Shown here piece after piece: positions 12,867-24,276 of a DNA stretch of 43,680 nt (positions are counted from its first letter, which is position 1; each line of letters starts with the position of its first letter). The stretch covers positions 1 to 43,680 of the forward strand of contig JAUCBJ010008779.1 of the NCBI GenBank assembly GCA_032718475.1. Direction: 5' to 3'. Below the pieces are notes generated by a model. The model was given only the letters and a program-made list of their open reading frames with translations. It had not been told where the DNA came from and searched no databases. Origin of the DNA: Nemertoderma westbladi (lineage: Eukaryota; Animalia; Xenacoelomorpha). The translations under genes and the position numbers were made by a program.

Positions 12867-13150
12867 GGCTGGGAGACGAGGTTATAAGAGACATTATATA
12901 AGGATATTTAATTTAATTTATTTATTTAATTGTATTAATTTAATTTATTTATTTAATTTTATTAATTTAATTTTTTTATTTAATTTAATTTAATTAGGAG
13001 ATTTAATTAGGCTGGGAGACGAGGTTATAAGAGACATTATATAAGGATATTTAATTTATTTATTTAATTGTATTAATTTAATTAATTTATTTAATTTTAT
13101 TAATTTAATTTTTTTATTTAATTTAATTTAATTAATTTAATTAATTTATT
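12867..13150. repeat. ~143-bp tandem duplication, AT-rich
   Basis: ggctgggagacgaggttataagagacattatataaggat.. starts at 12867 and again at 13010. Confidence 0.8.
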
Positions 13151-14099
13151 TTATTTATTTAATATATGAGAAATGATAAATATTTAATTTATTTAAGGAT
13201 AAGGAATATGCAGATTTTGGAATGAAATTGTATACCTAAATAAGAAACCCATGTCAAAAAGTTCTTATTTAAGGACTTTTAGTATTTATGTGTACAATCT
13301 CGATGTCTTAAATAAGGTAAATTTAAAAAATCCCTTTTATTTAGGAACTGGTCGTATTTTTGATGCAATTTTAAAACGCTTGTAGAAAAAAAACCGGACG
13401 GTGAAATGTTTTCTGGTATTTTGCATTATGTTCAAGAAAGACCCAACTTTTATATTGTGAAATAAAATTATGCGGTATTTTTTCCTGAAATAAGTTCTTG
13501 CACATTATGTCGAAAAAATATCCAAAAAAGGCCCAAAAACCCCTAAATAAGAGCCATTTTCCTTAAATAAGAACCCACTTTTGGAGCTTATTTAAGGGTA
13601 TGTTCCCTACTGACAGTAGGCCTATTGCTGTTTGCCGGTAGCTCGGTAGGCCTACCTGCCTACTGCGTTATTGCTGTACTGGCAGATATTACAGTAGGTA
13701 TTACAGTACAGTAGTCAGGTAGTACTGTAGTACCGTACCGGTATTCCGTCAACCGGCAGACCGGGCTGACTTCGACAGTTCGATAGTGAATTTGTTGTCT
13801 CAAATTCATTAATTGCCTGAATTGATTATATTCTGGCGGGATTTTTAAACGCATTTGGAAACCTGTAACAGTGTAATTTCTGAAATCATTTTAGCCATTT
13901 CATTAGCTGTAAATCAGTAAATTATATAGGCAGATAGGCGAAATACTGACATCCTCATCTGGACATAGTCAGATACAGTCAGACAGTATGAGTAGTACAG
14001 TATGATTTACTGAAGGTGTTTTTTTTAAACAGTTAAACAACAACTTTTTTTGAAAACGTTTAATTTGCCATCGATACCGGTCTGCTGGTACGGTAGGTA

Positions 14100-14352
14100 G
14101 CTGCGCATACATGTCATGTCATGTCAAAGGATACACTGGCTGACTGGTCACCCATTCAGCCATTCTCACCAAGCTCTATAAGCACTAGCACTAAGCAGCA
14201 AAGCCTACTGCTACACCCTACAGCCCTACTGCTGGCAGGCTGGTGATGTTTGATGTTGTAAAGACTGGCGAAATTTGACGTTTTGTCTCAAATTTGAGGT
14301 TTAACCTCAAATTTCAATTATCGGCTATCGCCCTCAATAAAAGCATGTTTCT
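14100..14352 (+). mobile_element. Internal part of a second family A copy, interrupted at 14353
   Basis: Aligns with ~7255-7460; continues at 35482. Confidence 0.75.
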
Positions 14353-16117
14353 GGGTCATTCCATGCTAATTCGACCAATCGGTGTGGCAAGGGTCGGAAA
14401 TTTTTGACGAAATTTTAACCACTTATCAATTCTAGTGAAAAAACGATGTGGTGAAAATTTCAGCCGATTTGGTTTAGCCGTTCTCGAAATATTGATGTTT
14501 TAAATTTGGCGAAATTCCAAAAACCAGTGAAGTACATTATTTGAAGAGGTGTCTACAGTTGATCTGATTATCAGTTTAATGTTAATTGTATGTGATTCTA
14601 AATAAACGATGCCTGAACTTCAATATTTTTATTACTAAATGAATAAACTATTAATCAGAAAGTTGTCAGACGATTTCAAAGATGCCTCAAAAATGCGAAT
14701 TTTTGAAAAATGTCCCCATTTGAGACCTCAGTACATTAGTCTGACAACTAGTTTATCTGTTATTTTAGTTTTCCCGGTTAGAGTGACTATTAATGATTCG
14801 AATCATATAACTTTAGTAGGTAAACTGATAATCAGATAGTCTAGGCTATATGACTGAATATCTGGGTGAAGAATCTAAAAATCTCAAAAAATGCAATATT
14901 GGCAATTGGAGGCTCTGGTGGAGAGCTCTGATTATAGCTATGTTCATGAGCTTTTTTACCTGACATCTTTGACACAAAATGAGCACCATGTCAAAATTTG
15001 AAGAGTAAACTAGATGTTCTAGAGCGTGTATGACTCATTTTAAAATTCTAATAAATTAAAATTTTACATGGTCCTCAAGGTGGTCTGACAATTAGTTTTT
15101 TGATAAAAATACATTTTTTCAAACGATATCCGGGCAGAAGACTATATTTCAAAATTTAAAGCAAAAACTAACAGTCAGACCCATTATCTGATCTAGCGTT
15201 AGACCGGAGCCAAATTTTTGCCGGAGCCGGAACCGGACCGGGTTAATTCCAAAAGTACCGGAGCCGGAACCGGAGCCGGACCGGGTACCGGTAAGTAAAA
15301 TTTAAAAAAATATATTGAGGCCTGGCAGCCTGGTATGACTGTATGACCTAAAGGTACCGGTACCAGTGCACAGTGCTGCGCTGCACTGTCAGACTGTACT
15401 ATAATACGACCTGGCATGTTGCAGTTAGTCCACTGCACCTACACAGCTACATTTAGTGAGCCAACTTCTCCACTTTCTGACTTTGTTTATACTTTATACT
15501 CACTAACTCATAAACCAGTAGGGCCTACATCAGTACATTACGGTCTGACGGTAGTCGGGTAGTTTTATTACATATTAAATCTAACAAAACAACAGATCAA
15601 CGATGCAATAGAAGAATGGTTGATAGCATCAAGATCTGTAGATGTAGACAGGTAGAGGTATACTGGTATAGGTAGGTACTAGTACTAATACTACTGTACT
15701 AGGCTAGTGACAGCGACAGGCAGACAGGCTAGACAGAGTCAGAGAGTGAGTAGGTAGTACAGTACTGTAGGTACTAGTGTACTGACTGGCCTGTCTTTGT
15801 AGCCTCAGCCTGGCACCTGGTAGGCCAGTACAGCAGTAGGCAGTGTAGCTGTACTATGACTGTATGATGTATGATGGACTAGACTAGATGACTGTGACTG
15901 TGGACAACTGATTGTGCATTGTACATCTGTACATTGTGTGTCTCTGTCTGTCTTTTACAGTCAGTCGGGCACATTACCAATATTGGCATGTTTCCAATAT
16001 TGGTAGTTTTACTTCCAAAATTGGCAGCCGTCTGCCAATATTGGAATTTTTCTTTGCGGTTGCATTCAATTTTGTGGAAATGCTATTTTTTCACAAGCTT
16101 ATTCATATCATAATAAA

Positions 16118-18881
16118 CAGTCGGTGAGAAGTCAAAAATTGGACTTCAAGTCCAATTTTAGACTTCAAGTCCAATTTTGGACTCCAAAGTCCAATATTGG
16201 ACTTTTGTACAACTCTAAGTGTACCCATGCTGCCATACTGTATATCGGTATTTCAATCAAAACTGCATCCCGTATCAGTACATATATATTACATAATTAC
16301 AATGCAACATCATTTTAATGATCAAATTAATTATTATAAGTATTATAAGCAGGGATCGCAGATCGCACACTTACAGTCAGACATCAGTAGTTACTTTTTG
16401 CGGTAGTGGTATGGCTTTGCGGTAGCCTTACCGCCTTAGTGGTGTATACCGCAGTAGCGGTAGTTCAGTAGTTGAGTTATAGCTGTATAGTTCATACATA
16501 CCCATCCCATACCTATGGTATTTTCGTATGGCAAAAATAAGACTACTGTAAACTGTAACCTATTATGTTATTGAGTTAATGTTTATTGGCTAATTGTTTT
16601 GATTGGGTTCACTGTGTCAAGTACATTGCACACATCTCCAACAAGACACTATATAACATTGATGATGGAGGTGTCTCATCCTATATGGAATATTGACAAA
16701 AAGCGCGCCACACGGATTCTGGTTAAACGAAAAGCGCGCCAACCATGACATTCAATGCGCGCCAACCATTGAAAGATTAACCCTTAAATTTTGCAATTAT
16801 TGTAATCATTTATCAGTTTATACTGCAGTACCTACGCTACATACCTAGACTGCTAGAGCTAGACCCACTCCTACAGTAATTTAACATGAAAATGCGAGCG
16901 AAGCTAGCAAGAAAATTTTGCAGAAATGTAAACTTGAATAGGCGTAGGCTACAGTAATACTGTAATATTCAGATAGTAGGTCAACCGACTGTTTTTAAAT
17001 ACAGATATGATTAAATTGCGAGTGTAGAGAGCAAGCCTTCAATGCTCAATCTGTCGGTTTGTCCATAATGTGGGAGTGCAAAACAGTTCAAGGCACGGAA
17101 CTACTTCTATATGCTGATATGGCCATGGGCCTAGGTTAATAAACAAATACGGTACCGTACTGTAATAAAATATCACTAATCAAATATCCCTCCCTATTAT
17201 AGTTATTAGAATGATGAATAAGAGTAGAGCGTACAGTAGGCAGGCATAATACACAAGCGCGAGCGGAGCGAGTGAAAATTTTTAAGGTCTAGGCCTAGGC
17301 CTAACTCTTTTTAAAAATAGGCTCTACTGGCATACCGGTATAATTTCAAGTAGAGTGGCTGGATATGTTGCCATGCCAGTGCATTTTGCTACTGTACATG
17401 ACATCCATTTCCGCGCCAGGCAGCGTTGATCCTCAATGCGCGCCACATGCCCCTGTTCCTTCGCGCCAGGATCCTAAATGCGCGCCACACATGTTGAGCA
17501 AACTCTACATAAATTCCAACCTGGTGTCTCATTAGTTCCCCCAAGCTTGACACTAGAACAAAGCCGCCTCCGATTTGCAGGACATTTCGTCATGAGGGAG
17601 GACCAGCCAGTGCACCTCATGGAGTAAATAAGCATGGTGGACAGCCCATGACTTTCTTGAGACGCATCTTTCAGTCTTTCTTACTGTCTCAAAGGACACT
17701 GGCCTTGAAGATGCGGATGATCTGATAGCAAATGTCATGGGTGATAAGGCTGTAAGAGTGTAAGGGAGTTGTGGAGGCGCACTTCTGTCAATAAGCCGGC
17801 ACAGCATTCTTAATAGGGCCTATATATATAAAATGCAGCGCAGCTGCAATGCAGCATGCCGATTGCTGGATTGTAGTTAGTAGTATGTGGTGCTAGGGCT
17901 CCCTCAATTGGTAAAGTCAAAAGTGGCCGTTTATTGTTTTAGTTAGAAAAGCCTGCCTCTGTCTGTCTGTAACCTGTCCCTTTCCCTCCATTGGTTTATG
18001 ACGTGTGTTACTTCTGTAGGCTACTTATTATGTGGAGACCCCAACACGTTAATCAGTTAATCCCGTTTCATTATCCATTCGATTTCAAATACCCTCCCTG
18101 ATGTATGGAAAAATTAGAAGACATGGTGGTAGCATCAACTTGTAGTATTTCTTTCTGATAGGGCTCCCATAAGCTTAGACGAAATCGTCAGATCGTAGCG
18201 TGTACTGTAGTAAGCCCTAGCAGCAGCTGCAGTTGGCAAACCTGGCATTGCTACCAGTTTCCACCAAATATAATTTGTAATTAAATATTTCTTGGAGCAT
18301 AATCTAATCTAGTCCTAAAGACTCTAAAGTCCTGGGTACATAAGGCTGTAAGGTTAGACATAACATGAATGTAAACTAAACAATATGCTAAAAGTAAAGT
18401 ACAAAGTACCTAGAATGCTAGAATGTACCATTATATTCTAAGTACAGTTACATTGAAGATACATACAGAGAGCTGCAAAGGTAACTTTCCATAACTTAAT
18501 AGCTGTCTGGCTGTCTCTCATCTGTTATTATGCTTCATGTACATTTAAGTTAGATTCTCAATGTCGTGTCTAAAATTGGACGTAAAGTCCAAAATTGGAC
18601 GTAAAGTCCAATATTGGACTTTTGTAAAAATTCAAAGCCTTATACAGTTATAAAAAAAGTTCCCCCTGGTGAATTTCAGGTCCCCCTGTTCAAAACTCTT
18701 ATTTTTTGATATATTTTCGATTAAAAGAAAAAAATCCCGCCCGATCCAATTACCGAAGGCCCTGGAACAATTGGCTGATTTGAAGTCCAATATTGGACTC
18801 ACAGAAGTCCAATTTTGGACTTGAACTGGAGTCAAAGTCCAATTTTGGACTCAAGTCCAATTTTTGACTTCTCACCGACTG
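16118..18881 (+). mobile_element. CAGT-ended element with 5-bp TSD (family D, copy 1)
   Basis: TIR cagtcggtgagaagtcaaaaattggactt / aagtccaatttttgacttctcaccgactg; TSD ataaa (16113-16117, 18882-18886); gtccaa(t/a)(a/t)ttggac repeats; paralog at 33536-35439. Confidence 0.9.
16680..17523 (-). mobile_element. ~850-bp insertion with gcgcgcca repeats (probable non-autonomous DNA transposon)
   Basis: Absent from family D copy 2; flanked by direct repeat ggtgtctcat. Its right end (reverse complement caggttggaatttatgtagagtttgctcaacatgtgtggcgcgc) recurs at 30000. Confidence 0.7.
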
Positions 18882-19505
18882 ATAAATAAAGCAAAATATT
18901 GACCGTGCGGAAACTTTTTTGACTGTGCCGTAAATTTTTTGTGACATAAAATACATTTCGGAACTTCCAATATTGGAATGAGCTACCAAAATTGGCAGTA
19001 CATCAGTATAGTTTAACTTAACAATGGTATTGAGTATTGACTGATATATGGATGGCTGGATGGAGCCACTCAGTATGTGCCATATGGCATACAGCCATAA
19101 GCCATACCATTACCTCTCTACCCTCCAGTATGCAAATTGCCAATTGGGTGTTGTTTCAGCCTTCTCATAGGGTTAATGTTAAATTAATATTGAAAAATTA
19201 GTGCTTAGAAGTAAAGAATTTTCTGTAAACTGTCTTCCTAAATTTAGTTCAGTAGTTTATAGCCTGCCATTAGAACCTGCTACTTTCCTTTAAGAGGTCC
19301 AGGGTCCTGGTACCTTAATGGCTGAATGGTGAATATCGAAATTTAATATTCGCGAAATTAAGTTAATATGTTAGAGTGTTGTTCTAAGATATCACCACAC
19401 AATGACTTCGGATCTTTGTTAGCAAGACTGTTATCTGATTGAAAATGAAGAGAACATTGAGGAAGAATACTCATGCAGATCCAGTGGTACTGCTACTGAT
19501 ACTGA

Positions 19506-19745
19506 TTACATGATGATACTGATAGGAGAGCACTGTGTAACAGTGAGAGTACTGACGAAGCTGTTGCTGATGTCAATATTTGTCACTTGTGTTTCGAAGT
19601 GAATTCTCCTCGCCCTCCTAAAGGATACTTGATCAACTGGGAAGATTGTGAAAGATGTGAGAAATGGTACCATACCATTTGTGTCAAAAGTAAGGGCGGC
19701 ATTGCATCCACAGCATCTAACATTTGTGACTTGTGCGTGTATTGA
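19506..19745 (+). pseudogene. PHD-finger (C4HC3) coding remnant, probably the C-terminus of a transposon protein
   Basis: Not in the ORF track. Frame from 19581 reads CHLCFEVNSPRPPKGYLINWEDCERCEKWYHTICVKSKGGIASTASNICDLCVY*; preceded by an acidic linker with a frameshift near 19500. Confidence 0.75.
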
Positions 19746-20074
19746 TATTGACATTGAAGAGTGCGAAATATTACAGGATATTGCTCATTTAGAGAGATTA
19801 TAAAAATAGGTTCCTTCATTATATACTCGGTGTACGTCTAACTATACGTAAAGATCAGAAGATATGAAGTTTATATACTCGTTGTATGTCTAACTATATA
19901 CATAAAGATATGAAGTTTATATATGTTGTCAAGTTCTGAAGTTGTGCTTTTCTTAAAAAATTATACTTAAATTTTGTAATTTCCAATATAGATTGCCCAT
20001 GTATATATTGTAAAGTATACTGACTGACTGATACGGATCCCCGGCTTTAGATCCTAGAGCACCGTAGATCCTGA

Positions 20075-20272
20075 ACGAACTTAGATCTTGGGTGAACTTA
20101 GATCCGTCCCATACGAACATAGATCCTTCCCATACGAACTTAGATCCTTCCCAAACGAACATAGATCCTACCCACACGAACTTAGATCCTTCCCATACGA
20201 ACTTAGATCCTTCCCATACGAACTTAGATCCTTCCCATACGAACTTAGATCCTCAACATACGAATTTAGATC
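20075..20272 (+). repeat. 21-bp tandem array gaacttagatccttcccatac
   Basis: About nine imperfect units; gives the HTNLDPS repeat ORF. Confidence 0.85.
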
Positions 20273-20627
20273 CCCTTGCATATATTGCTGTGCCGTTTGT
20301 TGGTGAATCACCGATTGCAACTACGTACTTTTGAGTGTATGACAGTATGACTTATTTGCATTAGATCATTATAAGTAGTTTTATATGCTTATAATGCAGT
20401 AATGAAACACAGCTGCACAGTACAATATACACTATAATATCGATAGAACGCGGCCAACGCACAGTACACGTGGGATCTAAGTTCGCTTTTGTGCGTGTGC
20501 TAAGGAATTTGTATAAATTGGGATCTAAGTCCACCTACGATCTAATTCCGCTTTGCTTTCAACGTGGGATCTAAGTTCGCCTCGCGACTAGCATGATGAT
20601 TACCAAAGGCTTTTATTAGCATAAATT

Positions 20628-20807
20628 GGGATCTAAGCTCACCTAGTTAGGATCTAAGTTCACCTAGTTAGGATCTAAGTTCACCTAGTTAGGATCTAAG
20701 TTCACCTAGTTAGGATCTAAGTTCACCTAGTTAGGATCTAAGTTCACCAAGTTAGGATCTAAGTTCACCTAGTTAGGATCTAAGTTCACCTAGTTAGGAT
20801 CTAAGTT
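20628..20807 (-). repeat. 21-bp tandem array ggatctaagttcacctagtta, core inverted relative to 20075-20272
   Basis: About nine near-identical units abutting the right TIR of family C. Confidence 0.85.
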
Positions 20808-21500
20808 GGTATAATGTGCCTGACTGACAGTTTTATACGGGAGCTCCGGTCCTCCGGTCATATTTTAGCCGGAGCCGGACCGGAACCGGAGCACCATTTT
20901 CCGGACCGGAGCCGGAGCTCCGGTCTAACACTAATCTGATCTACTAGAGCCTGTTTCAAAAAATTATGTTGGTAACGGACGGAAAATTCGCATGATTAAA
21001 CCACAACTATTTTGAGATATTGAATGAATAACAGTAAAATGATATGCTACTCTGAAACTGACAACTGTACTTTCATCATGTGAAAAATAAATTAGAAAAT
21101 TACATTTAAGTATTTAAGATATTAATAGATTTGTTCTGGTAACGGACGGAATCATACATAATTGAAGAATATATGTAGCTTGGACAATCTGAAATTCCTG
21201 CAAATTGGCAATGTTTTCCAAATATTTTTTTGCATTGGAGTATAATTAAATATCCCTAGTGACATTGGTTAAAATTATTTTCGCAATTTGTATAAACCAC
21301 GACTGTGACAGTATAATAAACAAAATAATACACGGTAACGGACGGAAGGTAACGGACGGAATAAAATACCGCAATGCAATTTGTGATATTTATATACAGT
21401 TTAAGTAGAATTAACTTGCTCATAGTGCTCATACACCTCAATAAATGTTTTTCATAGTGTCCTAAATTGTGCATGAAGTTTAAAATATCCATTGTCTCTA

Positions 21501-23674
21501 TTAAAATTTCAATTCTCTACGGACCGAGCAGAAAAGTTGGAGGACTCGTGAATATTCATTAGAATCTAGTGAATGAACCAGTAAACGTTCCGTGCCAGCA
21601 ATCAGTTGAGGTTGATTAATCACGCAAAGTTTATGCTGATAATTGTATGCATGGATATGATCATTTGCTGCTGAGGAAGGAATAAAACGGTTTGGACCAA
21701 TTACTTTCATAAATCGCACCTCAACCAATGGGCCATTTGCATCTATGACTTTCTCTATACATCCAGGAATAAAGTTATCATCATAAATAGCAGCTATCCA
21801 GCTGCCCACAACAGGAACTTCAGATGTTTCTCGGATAGGATTAGAGTCTTGACTCTCTTCTGAGTTTTGACATTCTTCCGAATCCACTCCAATATCACTC
21901 CCTTGACTATTACCATTAGATGAGCTATAATCACAACAAGCAATCTCATTTATGCAATTAGCTAATTCATAAAATATGAGTTTTTGATCTTTACGTATGA
22001 CTTGATGGATTTTCAAAGTGCGATATATATAAACAGACTCGTCAATACTGAAATGTTCAACACATGCATTAGGTATATACAGAATAGTAGGTTTCACAAT
22101 ACCATTTGCATAAGATGCAAAATGCTCTGCATCTCTAATGACCACTCGTCCGGACCTCACATGGTTATATGTTTGCACTTTTACAGTTGCGCCAATACCG
22201 TCATGAGGTCCTTTAAAGTGGCCTGCTTCCCCATATGTCCATGACTTGACTATGTCTGGCATATCCATAGCAATTGCTTTAAATACATGTTTGCTACGAA
22301 ACTGCCCTGAGCATCCATCACTCCAAACATGTATATCAGTAATGTTGGCATTCTTTTCTCGGATATGCCGCATAAGCTGTTTAATACAACTGAAAGCAAG
22401 GAACTTATCATGCTCAGTGCAGTTGGAAATGATGGCAACAGATTCTACAATTATACTTGAGTTAGTGCCTTCTACCATGGATAAATTATCACCAATATCA
22501 CATTGAGTGCAGTTGGAGTCAGGATCAACAGGAACATATTCTGTAGATGTGCTAGGGCCATCTCCTCTGGATGAATTATTATCATCATTGGTGTTGCTAT
22601 CAACAATACTTGATCGGGTGTAACAGGCTGCTGTAAATATACAAAAGTTTTCATGACCAAAATAGGCACTTTGGACCTCATGCCTTTGCTTATTATCGTA
22701 ATTCTTTGCAAAATCAATGCTTATTATTGCTTCATTCGGATTTAATTTCGATTTTTGTTCTCTAAGGATGTTTAGTTGATGAAAAGCTCGATACTGATGT
22801 TGTATATAGTCATGAACTTGCTTATTAAGATCTTCAGCAACATCTTCCCCACATTGAATATATTCTCGTTTCTTAACAATTTTTTCATTGTCTGTTCTGG
22901 CCCATTGATAGTAACGAATCTCAGGTATACTTCTAATAACTTCAAAAAGAGGTTCCAAAATTTCAAAACCAGGGCAATCCTTACATTTAAATTCGCAGCA
23001 ACTTCTATTTTTGAGAGAACAAACAATTTCACTCACAAACTCATTTTCATCAGGGTAAAATAGTTCATGGTTGCGAATATTTGTAACTGAGTTTAGGCCA
23101 TTTAGTAACAGGGTAAGGTTTTCACACTTCTCGCATTTGCAATCATCTTCAGGCATTTTTCCATTATAATATAAATGCTTCTTACCAGCTATTATGCGTT
23201 GTAGAAGAGCTTTATTGACCTTAATGTCAGGAACTTTTTCATTGGCTAGTGGAACTGTTTCCTCAAGGGTCCATAACATATAATGTCTAGGTTTATATTT
23301 TCTTTCACCATTCTCTTTCCCAACATATACCATATGTTGACGACCGGGACAACAGTACGATATATCTGGTGATTCCAGAAATTCTATGACCCGATTTTCT
23401 TTCTCGGTTGTTATTCTGGAATGTTTACCCAGTGGCCGTCCTGGCTTTTTAAATAACATTCTTACCTTGGCACCACGAAGTACTGTCTTTCGTGTTGCTG
23501 GAGACATACTTCCGATATAAGTGCTAATCGTCTCCATTCTTTTACTTGGCGATTTTGGAAGATGTTTTTTCAATCTATTTATTGACTTCCCTAAACTCTG
23601 CTTAGACTTAAATGCCCCAGAACTAGGTGGTGACAATGACCCAGAAGTAGTAGGAGTCAATGGAGGTTGAGTAG
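21501..23674 (-). CDS. Sola2-type DDD transposase, exon 2 (main coding exon)
   Basis: Uninterrupted ORF with IDFAKNY, WSDGCSGQFRSK and GHFKGPHDGIGATVK (three putative catalytic Asp), Cys clusters CKCEKC and CCEFKCKDC, and C-terminal VGSWIAAIYDD..VEVRFM; acceptor tttactatag at 23675. Confidence 0.85.
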
Positions 23675-24089
23675 CTATAGTAAATGGCAATATTGGTAAT
23701 GGTCTCTGATTTTTTTATGTTAAATCAGTAATAAAAAATCTATCTAAATATATATATATATGGCATGGAGTTCATAAAATTAGGTTCAAACAAAAAAAAA
23801 TGTCTCTTGTTTTTATTCGAACAATATATTTTCAGTAAATTTACTTAATATTTTAGATTAATAAAATCAGGAGATACCATACAGATTAGAAACTTTCTTT
23901 GAACATGAACAGAACAATATTAATAACTTTCTTCAAATTATATTTTTTCTGATACTATTACAACAGGTAATTAAAACAGGATAATAATTAAATTGTAAAA
24001 TAACTAAGGAACAAAACAAAAATATGCCTTCATTCAAAATATTTCCTCTTCCTTTTAAAAATGCAGCAGGCTCTACCAATATTGCCAAC

Positions 24090-24276
24090 CTTTGCATTTA
24101 GATTGTCTCTTTCTGAGACGATCTACACATTTCAGTGCCTCATGCTTATTCGTATCAGCATAAACCTCAGCTCTTTTTAAACGCTTTCTTTCTCTATCCT
24201 TTGCAAGAAATCCCTCCCGATCAGATGCCTTTTTCCGTTCTCGATAAGCCTTTTGCTTTTTAGCATCCTTAGACAT
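24090..24276 (-). CDS. Sola2-type transposase, predicted exon 1 (basic N-terminus)
   Basis: ATG at 24276, MSKDAKKQKAYRERKK..; phase-1 GT donor at 24089 matches the phase-1 acceptor at 23675 (415-bp intron), giving ~786 aa. Splicing is inferred. Confidence 0.65.

Larger units (their letters stand above)
8716..13612. mobile_element. CAGT-ended DNA transposon with 5-bp TSD and long (~430-450 bp) TIRs (family B)
   Basis: cagtagggaacatacccttaaataag.. / ..cttatttaagggtatgttccctactg; arms ~8716-9170 and ~13190-13612; TSD acagt (8711-8715, 13613-13617). Confidence 0.88.
15962..20826. mobile_element. CAGT-ended element with 5-bp TSD (family C) containing a PHD-finger remnant
   Basis: TIR cagtcgggcacatta / taatgtgcctgactg (1 mismatch); TSD acagt (15957-15961, 20827-20831). 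Subterminal repeats differ between the two ends, so the pairing is less certain. Confidence 0.65.
15194..20933. mobile_element. Non-autonomous hAT-like element with nested insertions
   Basis: TIR tagcgttagaccggagc / gctccggtctaacacta; 8-bp TSD atctgatc (15186-15193, 20934-20941); ccggag/ccggaa subterminal repeats. Confidence 0.85.

Noticed and set aside
9925-12887. Many overlapping Cys/Leu/Val-rich ORFs
   Set aside because: Translations of the ttgttgctc and ctaattaccacaa arrays; open in several frames because the repeat units rarely contain stops.
17530-18160. Minus-strand ORFs shared by both family D copies as transposase remnants
   Set aside because: The similarity only reflects the repeat copies; no DDE or DNA-binding motif recognised.
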